This document shows, piece after piece, positions 38,790-62,070 of a stretch of 64,000 nt of DNA; within the stretch, counting starts at the first letter, position 1, and the number at the start of each line of letters is the position of its first letter. The stretch lies in the NCBI RefSeq assembly GCF_964204645.1, contig NC_134035.1, positions 7,348,451 to 7,412,450 on the forward strand. Direction: 5' to 3'. The notes beneath the pieces were generated by a model that saw nothing but the letters and a program-made list of their open reading frames with translations, searched no databases and was not told the origin of the DNA. Position numbers and translations under genes: made by a program. This stretch comes from Tubulanus polymorphus. Taxonomy: Eukaryota; Animalia; Nemertea.

Positions 38790-39000
38790 ATCCTGTTCAA
38801 CGGTGGATTTCGACAAAGCATTTGATATGGTTCAACATCAGCCATTACTAAACAGGCTATTAGAAAACGGTATCAATGATAGGTCGCTCAAATGGCTCAG
38901 CAGTTATCTCTGAACGAAAACTTGTAGCCGAAATCAACGGAATCTTGGAATAAGTCGGTCTAACTAGTGGAGTCACGCAAAGTAGTATCCTTAGTCGTCT
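38790..39000 (+). mobile_element. LINE reverse-transcriptase fragment
   Basis: VDFDKAFDMVQHQPLLNRLLENGINDRSLKWLSSYL. Confidence 0.7.
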
Positions 39001-39628
39001 TCTGTTTAATGTCCTGACATACGCAGTAATCCAAAATATACCAGACCGAGTAAATTTCCAAAACGACCTTTACACGCCGTTCGACCAAAAAAATTAATGT
39101 TCCGACAAGAAAATCTTGTTCGAATGAAAACAATTCTGTTTGATCGAACAATACGCTTTTTGCTTGAACCAAAACTTTTCTTCATTCTGACAAAAATGTG
39201 TTCGAATCAAAAGCTATGTTATTGTTGAAATGAAAAACTCTTTGGTTGAGCGAAAACAATTCTTTCGAACGAATGTTTGAATGAAAACAATTCTGTTCGA
39301 TTGAACGAAATACTTAATACTTTTGGTTCGGAGAAAAAACTTTTTTACAATATACTTGTTCGAACGAAAAACTTTATGTTCTGACAAGAAAATTCTGTTC
39401 AAATTTAAACGATTCTGTTAGATCGAACGATTCTGTTAGATCGATCGAACCTTTTGTTTCAACAAAACAGTTTGTTCAACTTTGTTCTAACGATTTTTTC
39501 AAATTGGTTCAATCGAACAGAATATTATTGGTTCAAACGAAATAAATTTTATTCCGTAGAAAGAATTTACAAGCGAAAGGTCTTTTGAACGAGAAAAAAG
39601 ATATTTCTGGGGCTCCGCAGTAACTCAA

Positions 39629-39944
39629 AGCCGGACGTAGGTTGGCCTTGTGACGCGATGCGATCCTCGCGTTGCATCGCAAGTTTCGGTGAGAATCGGT
39701 TGCGATACGATTGTCAGCGACTGTGTGCGACTAGTTTCTACCAGTCGCAAGAGCACGTAGGTCGGTTGTGACAGTCGTGTCGCGTCGCAGAAAATAGAAC
39801 ACGTGCGACTCCTTGTCACTGGCGTTGCTGACAGTCACAACCTGTCACAAGGGTGAGTCGTTGCGACACAATATTCACTGGCGGTCGCAGTGAATGGCGT
39901 CGCAGTGAGTCACAAGCCGTCGCAAAACTGACCTACGTCCGGCT
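39629..39944. mobile_element. PIF/Harbinger-like MITE with GTCGCA subrepeats
   Basis: TIR AGCCGGACGTAGGT / ACCTACGTCCGGCT, flanks CAA/TAA. Confidence 0.7.
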
Positions 39945-41772
39945 TAAGTCATTAGCAATTAATGAAATACCTGTTTCATTTATGATGAAAAAACTCAAAT
40001 GAAAAGTCTGGCTTATAAAGCTGTCTGCTCAGACGAAATTTTCAAAAAAAACTCTTCATTTTTGCCAATAAAATTGATAATTGTGATTGATCGTTGCAAG
40101 TCAGAACCAGTTAATCACCAATTAACATGCATTTTAATAAATCTGATTCCTCCTTTACAGTGAACTTAGCTTTAACCTAGTAGAGGCTACGAGCCTATGT
40201 AGGCCTATGTATATGCGTAGGCCTAACATCCGGACAGATTGGTCGTAGGCCTATTGAATAACAACCCTCCTAAATATCGTAAATTTTGTTTTGAAGTTAA
40301 ATCCAATGAGTCCGTTAATAAACGCAACAATTATACTGTTTTTGTTTGAGACAGTAAAGGTCAGTTCCGGTAGGCCTAAGCCTTAAGGTCGCGTTAAACT
40401 CGATAAACACTTCAAGCGACACAGCGAACGATCTCCTTTCCCCCACAGCGAACGCTTACTCCGAATGTCAAGTGTGAGCCCAGCATACGGAAAGGAGTGT
40501 GTTATATACTTGTATTTAGTAAATACCTTGTGCATTTGACAATGATCGGTATGTACTGTAGGAAATATAGAGTATTGATGGTATTGATATAGAGGTTGAA
40601 GCCCGCGGCCGAATAAAGTAATATATTCTTTTATTTTGATACCTCGTCGACATAACAGCTTTTCTCCGCTATATCTCTTCGGCGTGTTTAGTTTAGGCCT
40701 ACGATTCCCCGGTACACTAAAGATTTACCTTAGTAAATACACGGTTAATTCGGTAAAGAAATATAGGTATTGTTAAACTAACTCCTTGAAACCCGCAGCC
40801 AAATCACTGGTAGTGATAAATTAATTTGTACTCGATTTGATTCTCATGATGAGGAGAAACTCGCAGCTGATCCCCGGAACGACGATGTAGTAACACACGT
40901 CGATTCGTCGATGTTTACGGCTCGACAGTGCTTTTAAAATCTAAAGTAGTAAATTTCCAGTGTATCGGTAATATGATTTGATGAGGAAATGGGCTATTGT
41001 TAAAATCACTGTTTGAAGACCGCGACTGAATTTGAAGTCTGCGGCAATAAATTAGTTCATTTATACTTGAATTGATAATCGAAGTGACAGTCGGCCTGCG
41101 GGTTGATTTCGGGATGACGACTCGAAAAACATGTCGCCCCATTAATGGGGCTAAATTTTCGATGTTTACGTCCCGACAGCGCTTTTGTAACGATGATTCG
41201 TGAAAAAACACGCGGGCTATTTGTAGATCTCAGTGAGCTGAACGATATTATATGGATTGTATATGAAACAGCGGTAAGGTAACAAAGCCTATGTTCTTTT
41301 GGTTAAAATAGTGTGGAAGAAAATAATAATAATAATAATTATCACGCGGATATCAATAGGGTTTTCTGTGAAATAACAGAAAACCCTAATTAAAGTAGAC
41401 TACTATTATACTGAACTTTTGCGATCGTGAAAAACTTTTAATTTTTGATTCGTGGCCCCTAATCACCGTAGATAGAATCATACGTATGCATAGCAACGTG
41501 CTTGAACAGGTGTCTCAGTCAGAATCTTTTTGTCCTCAGCAGTAAAAATTAATGGCCCTGAACGTGGCAGTACCCATCAATTAGGATAGGCATGATGTGT
41601 TCACGTACGTTGATACGAGGCGACGCAATACAACAGTTGTTTAACAGCGGTTTCCTTGCACCAGTAATTAGAAGGGTATTACTTGATAAATCAAACAGGT
41701 TTTTGGTATCTTAGAAGAAGATATATTCTGATTAAAGGCCGACTTCAAGTATAAAAGGCCCATCATCTGTCG

Positions 41773-42250
41773 GGTGTCACTAAACCTAAGACCCATTAAC
41801 CTAAGACCCGACTCTAAATCATTATTTGTGTACTTTAGACTATTCAAAATGGTTCTAATATATAGATATTAGTTAAAATGATCCATCGATGGCCATTTAA
41901 ATTTGGTTCATTTATCAGAGACGAGATATTTGGGGGTCTTAGGTTTATGGGTCTTAGGTTTAGTATATTATATATAGGTGTCACTAAACTTAAGACCCAT
42001 AAACCTCAGACCCGACTCTAAATCATTATTTGTGTACTTTAGTCTATTCGAAATGGTTCTAATATATATAGATATTAGTTAAAATGATCCATCGATGGCC
42101 TATTTAAATTTGGTTCATTTATCAGAGACGAGATATTTGGGGGTCTTAGGTTTATTGGTCTTAGGTTTAGTATATTATATATAGGTGTCACTAAACCTAA
42201 GACCCATAAACATAAGACCTGGCTCTAATTCGTTATTTGTGTACTTTGGA
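41773..42250. repeat. 2.3 tandem copies of a ~205-bp self-inverted unit
   Basis: units at 41773, 41977, 42184; each ACTAAACCTAAGACCC...GGGTCTTAGGTTTAGT. Confidence 0.85.
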
Positions 42251-42344
42251 TGAGATATTATAGCGTTGACTCCTCTTTATTTTTTTTTTGATTATATGCG
42301 ACGTACAGTAGGTACCTAATTAAATATTGGTTTACATGCGAGCT

Positions 42345-42655
42345 GTTTCTAAGGAAAAGTGAAAAATCTCATAATTTTACCAATAAAAATGCACAATTTA
42401 CTAAGTTCGGCTCTCTCTTTGGTTTGCATTAATAACTTATGTTTCATAAGGTTGATATAAAATCTGCTGTCTAGATATAATTCCCTACTATCATTTGAAT
42501 ATGTACAGTTGAAAAGGTAGTGAAATTCGTCCCCAATCCTATTATTATACATATGACATGTGCTTTCGGCGCGCTCTGTATTATCCCATCTACGTTTTAA
42601 TTGTGAGCTTATGATTTGTATTTCGAAATTTAGTTAAGTTAATACGATAGACCAT
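42345..42655 (-). mobile_element. 3' fragment of a non-LTR retrotransposon
   Basis: INLTKFRNTNHKL..RWDNTERAE.TC....IGDEFHYLFNC C-terminal knuckle. Confidence 0.75.
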
Positions 42656-42680
42656 ATTGTTAATTGTTTTCTATTTCTAG

Positions 42681-45600
42681 GTTTTTTTATGAAGTCTGGG
42701 AAATGGTTGGCGTTGTCTAACCGAAGCACCGATGACAAAAAATGGAAACCGGTATATATTTACGGCTACTGATTACGTGTCAAAATGGGTAGAAGCATAC
42801 CCGATAAAACAAAAGTCGGCAACTGAAGTTGCAAAGTGCATCCTACAGATGTACTATCGATTTGGTGCCCCAAAGAGAATACTGTCTGATCAAGGAAGGG
42901 AATTTAATAATCAAGTAGGTTTGACTCTTGATAAATCACAGAGAACTTATTATCATTGAAAATCATGTCATATTGTCTTCTTTTAAGTTCAGAATTCAGA
43001 GGAAGGTATGTAGGTACTGTCAAACTTTTTAACATTATGGTTGTGTTTTAATCATCTTCATATTTTATTCATTATTAATAAATTAGCTAAAATTCAAGTA
43101 AGCTATTTTAACTATAACTATAGTTATAACTATAAATATAACTATAATTATATAATTAACTATATAGCTTTAATCATATAACAATATAACAATATAAGTA
43201 TAACTAGTACTATACAACTATAAGTGAAATGATCCTGATTCATCTTAGTTGAATGATGAGTTATTGAAGATGATGGGTACGAAACATTGCGTCACCGCTG
43301 CCTACCACCCACAAACCAATGGACTCGAGTCGGACAAATCAAACTCTAAAACAGTGCGTGAAAATACGGAAATATAACATCAGACAGGTCTATTTTAATG
43401 TATTATGTCATTCTTACATTATTGTATTTTAGGAGATAATTTAAAGCATTTAGTTAATTCTAAAAAAATGATTGGGACGATTACTTAAACAGCGCCACTT
43501 ACTCCATTAATACGAAGCCACACAGCAGCACGAAAATGTCTCCGTTTTATGTTATGTATGGAAGAGTTGCCAGGAATGGAATTGAGGTACCAGAGGTTAC
43601 TGAAGAATACTCGGTGAAATCAATTTTTTCAGTTCGAATTTTGTATAAAGATGCTGAATTTTGTTAAAATATGACTCATTTTCCTATATTTACCTTATAT
43701 ATCCAGGGAGTTGAAGAAAACGGAAATACTGAAGCCGGTATTTTATCCATTCATGAGAAAATTGAACAGACCGCTAGGCAAAATATTGAAAAGGCCCAAA
43801 CTCGTCAAAAAATTAATTACGATAGGCGGCAAAATAAAGGAGCGAAGAGCCTCAAAGTTGGAGACAATGTCTACAGGTATTAGTTCCATACCATGCTTAA
43901 GTTTTATGTAAGTATTATTTCGTGTTGCATTGAATATATGGTATATATATATATTAGGTACAAAGCAGAAAATATTGGGAGGAAAGGTGGTTTCTTGGAA
44001 TCTAACTTCCACGAGGAGACGTTGACTATTAAAGAGATTGTTGGCAAATCAGCGATATTATTGAAAGATGGTAGACCTCTGGGCAGAAAAGTGTCTTTGA
44101 AACACTTGATGCCCACCAGAGATTTAATCACTGAGTATATTCCCAGAAACCTTCTAAAGAACAGTTGAGTATCTCAATGAATTAAAGACATCATACTCGT
44201 GAAGACATGTACTGATAATGTAAAGTAATTAAAATCTTTTGTTTTAGAAGGTTTGAAGGCAAATGCTGGCACGGAAGTCGACAGTAACATCTCTGGTATG
44301 TACTAAACCAATAGTTCATAATGAATCAATTTTGGAAGTTTGTAAATAATAATTATGTTGAATGTCTTCGTCAATTATATTCTGTTCTAGATGGTTTAAT
44401 TGATGACACTAAAGTCCAGGCTGGTGACGATATCGTTGACAACAACGCTGGTGTGTACAGAATAAAACAAAAGTTTAAGAATGAATTGATTAATTCTAAA
44501 GTTTGTAAATAATAATTATGTTGAATGTCTTCGTCAATTATATTCTGATCTAGAGCGTTTAATTGATGACACTGAAGTCCAGGCTGGTGACGATATCATG
44601 GACAACAACGCTAGTGTGTACAGAATAAAACAGAAGTTTAAGAATGAATCAATTAATTCTGAAAGTTTGTAAATAATAATTATGTTGAATGTCTTCGTCA
44701 ATTATATTCTGTTCTAGATGGTTTAATTGATGACACTGAAGTCCAGGCTGGTGACGACATCGTGGACAACAACGCTGGTGTGTACATAGAATATCGTTGG
44801 TATAATAGACAAAATTCTAAATATTTTTCCCATCTTTTGATAAATTCCCTGTCTATTTACAGAAATAATAAATATAAGTGATACGGAGGAGATAGAAATG
44901 TGTGTACCGATCGCAAAAGAAGCAGCAGTACCTTCAGATGATACTCGTAAGAAAACAGTTTCTCACATTGTGCCCACAGTCAATGGCGATGATAATTATC
45001 ATAAATGTATGATTTCTGTCTTTCAGTGGTTTATACGACTTGGGAATATGGTCCGAAGGACTACTACTTTGGAAAATTGTTTACCGTTAGAGGAGTACCG
45101 TTGTCGGATGCGACTATATTTTCATTGAAAAAAATGAACAGCCTAATGATGAAGTAAGTATAAAGCTCTTACAATTTTTTAATTTTTTTCCGGGTCGATT
45201 AAACGAATTCCTTTTTCAGGCTGTTTTTCAAGGGCTCAATCATTTAGCGTTAAAGTATTCGACGGAATCGAAAGTAAGTATGGAAAGTTTGAAGTGTACA
45301 TTCGAATGTACCAATTAAACAAATTACCGCGGTACTGCTTATTGAAAATTTCTTGAATTCATCGAAATCAACTTTATGGTTTTAGACGATTGGAGTACAG
45401 AGTAGCCATATTTTGTCGCCAATGATATTTGGTGATAGACGCCGATTGCCGGGTGCATTGGTAAGTTTGTGTAACCATAAAATAGAATAAGCTGGAATTC
45501 TTTGGAAGTAACGTTAGAAGTATTATCCAAGGATTTATCTAATGTAATTTCATGTGAGAGTTTAAAAAAAATATTCTTATATTTCAGAGATCATTGGCAG

Positions 45601-48049
45601 AAAAAGAAGTATGGCTATGCCCATTGTTACATGGTGGTCACTGGACACTCATGGTACTTAATCAAATCACATAGAACTGAACATACAAGAACTTATAATT
45701 GCTTTAAAATTCATTATATCTGCAGATCATACATACAAATACGAAAGAGATCTTGTATCTCAATTCATTGGGTGAACTACAAGAGGAATTGATAACCGTT
45801 TTTAAAAACACAGTCGCCATCAAGAGTGTCAAATCAATGGGAAACTGGACCGTCAAACACTCAAAGCAGCTAGATTCATCATCATGTGGAGTCTTTGTTC
45901 TCAAGGTATATGAAAGGACTTTATATACAGGGATATTATTGATATTAACAAGTTTATTTATGGTATACCCTGTACCTAAATAACTTGCAGGAGACCGTGT
46001 TTGTTAATCAAATAGGCCTCACACTATAATTGATTATATTCTGCGATATTCTGTAGTTTGCAGAGAGTATTTTGGCAAATGAAACCCTTGAGTTTGACAA
46101 CACTAGTTCTGCGATCGATCAGTACCGATTTGAGATAGCCATGTGGCTCATGGGATCCATAGGTAAGAAAGGTGAACAGTACGCAATAAAGATATACACA
46201 TTCCTTTACCTGAAATTGAAGTTACAGTGTATTTTCATTCAGTAGCTACAGATCCTTCAAAGATGTGCTGTCTATGTTGTCATGCAAACTCAATTCATGT
46301 TACCGATTGGGTAAGTTTCCATTGACACTAATTGATATAATACAATTTTTCTTCTATTCGTGGTGTATGTTTAGAAATGTTCCCAGTTTATTTGATTTAT
46401 CATTTTCAATCAGATTGGCTTTGATAGATGCTTTAGGTGGTTTCACCTAGCTTGCTACAACAGACAAATACCCCTGATAGGCAGCAACATTACAAGCAGT
46501 GTGATGTTTTTTTGCAAGTACTGCAAAGCTATTGACAGTAAGCAAAGATCAGTCTCGCGAATATCTTTTCTATCTATTATATTAATTCTTTAATGAATAT
46601 ATTTGCATTCATTTTTATTCAGGCGAACAAGAAAATCACGGAAATCCAATAGGAAATGGTGAGTTATAATGAATTGCTGTTGCATAACAATGTATCGAAC
46701 TTTGAGGAAGACTGGGAAGACTCCAATCGGTTGGCTGGCATGATACATTTGGTCGACTTGGTTTACCCAGAATCATTCCATTTATAACATTATATTATTA
46801 TAGGAGTTATTAAAGTCTTAAGATAATTAGATGAAAATCTTACGAAAAGAAAATCAATGACAATTTTTTCACAGTGTGCTTAGTTAAGACTAAGGAGAGA
46901 TAATTAAGTTGGTTCTAGCTCCGAGGTATCTACTCACTACACATGTCGCGTGCACAATCCTAATTTTCGAAGTAAGAGTAAAAGACCAACGGAGAATGAG
47001 GATAAATTGAATAGAAATTTTTCTTCAGGTAACCTTCCTGATGTGTCCCTCGTCCAAAATGAAAATGAGCTTCATGATGCAGAGTTCGTTACTAGTAAGT
47101 TTAATATGTCAGGATACCGGGAATGTCCATAATTTATTGTAAGATGGATTACAGATGGAGACAAACATTCGCCAAGGAATCATTATGATAGGCCTACCGT
47201 AGTAGAAAGTTAGTACTATGAAATAGAGTCGTCCTAAAGTACCCTGTTTTTCTTTATTACAGATGATGAGTTACCAGACATAGTTCCACCAAAACGAAGA
47301 AAAACAAGTGATTTTGAGTTCGAGAATACCACTGCATGTAACAACAAAACTGCAGGTCTATTAATTCTGCATTTCTCAATTCTATTCAATCAGATTACTA
47401 ATTTGATGTAGCGCATTTGTGACCACGAACATAATTATGTTCGTATATATATGAACGAATTAAGTAGGAGAGGTATGGTCTTGTATATACATATATGTGT
47501 ACAATTTGTAGGTACGAAAATGCGAAAAGCTGTAAAAAAAAAGAAGAAAAAAGAAACAGGTATACTTTTCACAGATTTGAATTTAGTTATTATATCTGTA
47601 TCGGTTATTTTTGACAATTACATTGACTTTTTCTAGGCGGAAAGATGGAGTTACCGAAAAAGGAAAGAACTAGTAAACAAGAAAAAGATATAGGTAATTT
47701 GAAAATAACGACATGAAAGCTGTAACACGTCTCATTTTAGCGCTTTAACATATCAATAATGTATTATTTTTCAGCGCCATTTTACATGAAGGAAAGATCG
47801 ACGAGAGTAAAGCGATGCCAAGGCTGCCCTACGGATCTTAAATCGAGTCTGGTTGTGGCTTCCTATAGAAATTATCAATTCTTTGATAAAAGATCTGCCA
47901 GCAAGAGGGATTCCTGGAGAGTTGGTTATTTCCACCCTAACGCCACTTGTATTTTGAGAAAATACCCTGAATTTGATGGAAATATCTTTATGCCATCAGA
48001 TCTTGTTATATCTGATGAAAACCAACGTACTAATGCTTCGTCATTTTAA
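42681..48049 (+). pseudogene. spliced Ginger1-like transposase gene: DDE integrase, repeat exons, Ulp1-like protease, PHD finger, C-terminal zinc finger; integrase exons carry frameshifts
   Basis: exons ~42681-42914 (TDYVSKWVEAYP..RFGAPKRILSDQGREFNN), 43249-43353 (AYHPQTNG), 43433-43613 (DWDDYL..YSINT.PHSSTKMSPFYVMYGR), 43707-43876, 43958-44164; 45588 (CPLLHGGHWTLM), 45726-45905 (YLNSLG..QLDSSSCGVFVLK), 46243-46540 (CCLC..WIGFDRCFRWFHLAC..FCKYC), 47775-48049 (RCQGC..YFHPNATC). Confidence 0.85.
44330..44785 (+). repeat. three ~163-bp tandem units each carrying a 60-nt AG/GT-flanked exon
   Basis: exon starts 44391, 44554, 44718; peptide DGLIDDTKVQAGDDIVDNNA and variants. Confidence 0.8.
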
Positions 48050-48184
48050 AAAATGTATCTTCGTTAGAATCCAAAGATTATCATAGTTGATTTTCTTTTT
48101 TGCAGTTATGAATTCTGATAATTAATTGTGATATAATTTTGAGCTATACTATCGTCAGGTCAGGTACAGTCTGACAATAAGAAA

Positions 48185-48960
48185 ATGTCCTTTATGTTTT
48201 GACATCATTTTATCTGTCATTCTATAATGCGATAGCTCTAATACTGTCAGCTGGTACAGTATAACATCCCTTTAAAGTCATGAGTAATGGTTAATCAGGA
48301 TGTATTTTATTGAAAATATCATGTTTTATTTTGGATTTTGAAGTTATTAATTGCCCTGGTTGTTTTTAATATCAATCTATTAAGCCTAACGCACACGGCA
48401 AAAAACATTTGTTTCTCCGAAACAGAAAACACGTTTTCACAAAACGTTTTTCGTAAAACGTTTTGCCCGCAAACGATAATACGTTCAACGCACACGGGAT
48501 GAAAAACGTTTTCGACTACACAAAACGTTTTTTTGCTCGCGAAAAAACGTTTTTCATTTCGGCGTTTTGTGTTTTGCCTCCCCGCACACGGCATAGCACA
48601 AAAAACATCGAAAACGTTTTTTTCAAGAGGAAAAAACGTTTTTTCGGTGCCGTGTGCGTTGGGCTTTAGGGGGTAGCTCTAACACTGTCAGCTGGTACGG
48701 AATAACATGCATCCCCTCCTATAAAGTCATTAAAAAATGGTTAATCAGAATGTATCTTATTCAAAATATCATGTTTTATTTTGGATTTTGAAGTTATTAA
48801 ATGCCCTGGTTGTTTTAATATCAATCTATTAGGGGGTAGCTCTAATACTGTCAGCTGGTACAGTATAACATGCATCCCCCATGCATCCCCTTTAAAGTCA
48901 TAAGTAATGGTTAATCAGAATGTATTTTATTCAAAATATCATGTTTTATTTTGGATTTTA
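48185..48960 (-). repeat. inverted array of the ~170-bp satellite (about 3 units, one MITE insertion)
   Basis: TAGCTCTAATACTGTCAGCTGGTACAGTATAACA is the reverse complement of the 37.5-38.7 kb unit. Confidence 0.92.
48383..48665. mobile_element. PIF/Harbinger-type MITE inserted in a satellite unit
   Basis: TIR AGCCTAACGCACACGGC / GCCGTGTGCGTTGGGCT; TTA duplicated relative to the empty-site unit TCTATTAGGGGG. Confidence 0.88.
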
Positions 48961-49140
48961 GCCGTGCGAGTCGAAGATGTGGTCATAGTCCATGACAAAG
49001 ATGAACCGCGCGTCAACTGTAAACTAGGCGTCGTTCAAAAGTTACACAAGCAAGACAAAGACAATGAATGAGGTGCGACAGACAGATAAATGACAGGCTA
49101 ATTAATAATTCACAGGCAACGTAGCAACAAACTGTACACA
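48961..49140 (+). mobile_element. BEL/Pao integrase C-terminal remnant
   Basis: VRVEDVVIVHDKDEPRVNCKLGVVQKLH aligns with IRKGDVVLVHDDNHNSRLKWKLALVEEL of element B. Confidence 0.7.
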
Positions 49141-49489
49141 AAGAAAATATGAAATATACACTATAATAAACTGATGCCTTGGACAATAGTGTCGGTGAAC
49201 CAAGCAGCAACGCAAACAAACCGAACCATTTAACAATACACCCGAAATTTGCATGGAATGAACTAGATTAAAAGGTTACCTTTTATTAAATAACCCCCGT
49301 GTTAATTGCTCTGAGGGCCATAAAACCACAAGCGTTCACCCACAGAAGTTTTCGTTTAAGTATATTGACCCCGTCTATAGGATCATTTCGCACGTATATA
49401 CGTAGCTAATTCGGCGGCGCTGGCTCCCTTGGTGTGGGGTTAATAAACACATCGAATTTCTATAAATCGCGATAAAACTAATGTAAATT

Positions 49490-59540
<10,051 letters not shown>

Positions 59541-61239
59541 TGTAACATGTTTAATGAACTTTTTTAGATTGGGGTGGAAATTGTTGACGACGAATTACAT
59601 ATTTGTGTAAAAGATATTGTTCTCTAAATCAGAATGACACAATGTATCAAGTCTAAGGCTACATTTTAGCACCTGCTGGATTGAAAATTGTTACTTTTTA
59701 TCAGAAAGGGGAAATAAAATTATACTTAGAGCTACTTAAAAACAAGCGGGGCTGAACGATCCCGCTTGGGTTTCTATAACCACGACGATTTTTACGTGGT
59801 GATTTTGCGCATTAGGTTTACGTATATTGACCATAATTCCCAAGAGACTTTTACTAAATAATGCACTTCTTATCTGACGATGTTAAAATATGTATCAGAA
59901 ATATGTTTTTAAAAGTTTTAAAGAAAAACAAGTCGTTTTAATTCTTGTCAGAGCAAAACAATGACTTTTACGGACTTTCGTGTATCTAGGTATGAAGTAC
60001 TCCTATTTTGTAGATATTTTTGCGTGATTTTCTCAATAAAGATAATGAAAAATGTGTTTGGCGACTAGATTTTCCCTAGTTCGATCTTAGTATTAAAGAC
60101 GTAACTATTTGGAGACTCGGCCCTAGGCGTGTAAACAAGTAGAGCACAGCATATCGATCAAAATTGCCCGTTAGATATCATAATCAATTGTACGTATGTA
60201 CATTAAATGTTTTTATTCTAAATCAATACAGAACAAAAAGGAACGGCGCTTAATTTAGGATAAATGTTAAATGAATGATTTAGAATCATAGAAAGCTTAC
60301 GGGTTTCTCAGTCAATACTTCAATAGCCCATGTTGGTGATTCTCACTGCAAAAGTATCGCCAATAGAACGGGTTGTGCAAGCGTTAAAACACAGAAATCA
60401 AAGGGAAGCAGACAAGATAAGGCTCGTAATTCAGACGAATGAAAACGGCAACGACAATGCTACAAAAAATAGATACAGAACCTACGATTCAAAAAGCCGA
60501 CATAAGTTGGGTTCGAGCCTTCACTTTTGATGAGGATCAGATCAATGACAACCCCGAAACGAAACGTCTACGTATACAAAACATGGTCATAACGGACAGG
60601 ATTTAAACACACCAGTTTAGAATATTGTTTTTATTTACGATATGTTTAATGATTCTAAACGCTATCTGAATTAATGCAGGTATCATTATGCTGCCTGAAC
60701 CGTAAAACCCCAGACGATCACCAATCATTGTGATTAGTGAATATCAGACTTCACATGTGTTCAGTTTCACCAGAAACTTGAAAATAAAACTACAAACACC
60801 ACAGATTAAGCATTTTATCAGCACAATCTCAATCAAAGGCTAATCGTCGACACTTCACAAGTTGAGAATACACACACAGGAATTAGAAACGAAACTGACC
60901 GTCCAAATTTCACGCTGCGAACGGTGGATATCAGGGGTGATACATGCACTTCAGTTGACCCTCGTTATCATAACCTGCATTTGTTCCACTGCATGTATTT
61001 CGGTTGGCTAAACACTTCTTTTACCTACAGGAACACGGCAATTCCAATGTATCGGTGTGGGAACCGTATTCGAAACGCCATCGGAACAGTCCTTACAGGC
61101 AAGCGTGTATGAGCCGAGCCGGCGTCATTACAACGTCCAAACGTTACAGGATGGCACTTCAGCAAACGCAACTAGTGTCACTATTCTCACTACGTGGCGC
61201 TGCGGAGAGACGGAGACTCTATCTTATCGTTCCGACAAC

Positions 61240-62070
61240 TTTTAGTGAATGTCGCAAAAACAAAAATTATGATTTTTACCCAAAGTGTCCGCAACGCCGA
61301 TTACCACTATCAGTTTAGTTTTAGAAACGAACCTGAGGAGATAACAGATGAATACCCTTACCTTGGTGTCATCTTTCAAAAGAATGGCAACTTTTATATA
61401 AAGCCAGAAAAGAGCTCTTTAACAAGGCAAGGCGCTCTATGTTCGCCTTGATTCATAAATGTCGAAAACTAAAATCTACCGATTGATTTACAATTGAAAT
61501 TATTTGATGCGACAGTTCTTCCCATCATGTTATACGGAGCCGAAGTGTGGGGGTTCGAAGACCTGAAATTACTGGAATCGCTACATCTTTATTTCCTTTA
61601 ACACGTATTATGTGTTAAGGAAACAACGCCATCAGCAACAATATATGGTGAGCTTGGCCGCTATCCGATCGAAATCGCAGTGAAATCCCGCATTGTAAGC
61701 TATTGGACTAGACTCGTTAACGACTATAACAACACCAAGCTCAGCACAATACTCCTTCACCCTAAGCTCCAAAATCAATTCAATTCGAAGTGGATTATAA
61801 TCGTTGAGAATATTTTTAATCAGTGCGGACTTGGATATGTGTGGCTTGGCCAGCAACCAGTCAATACAGAAGTGACGAAGTCAAGGGTCCACGCGTTATT
61901 GTGTGACCAGTATAAACAAAGGTGACGAATTCCATTGTATTTTTGTGTGTAAAAAGAATAAACGTAACAGACAAGAATAACTACCGGATATTGGAAACGC
62001 CCTAATGTACTCAAATATAGTGAACTTTTGAATACCAATAACTTGACTACCAGACTAGCTAATTTTCTCT
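61240..62070 (+). mobile_element. decayed 3' part of a non-LTR retrotransposon ORF2
   Basis: VNVAKTKIMIF, YPYLGVIF, LQLKLFDATVLPIMLYGAEVWG, IYGELGRYPI. Confidence 0.8.

Noticed and set aside
39050-39620. Region rich in TTCGAAC/GAACGA words
   Set aside because: Probably a decayed MITE but ends could not be defined
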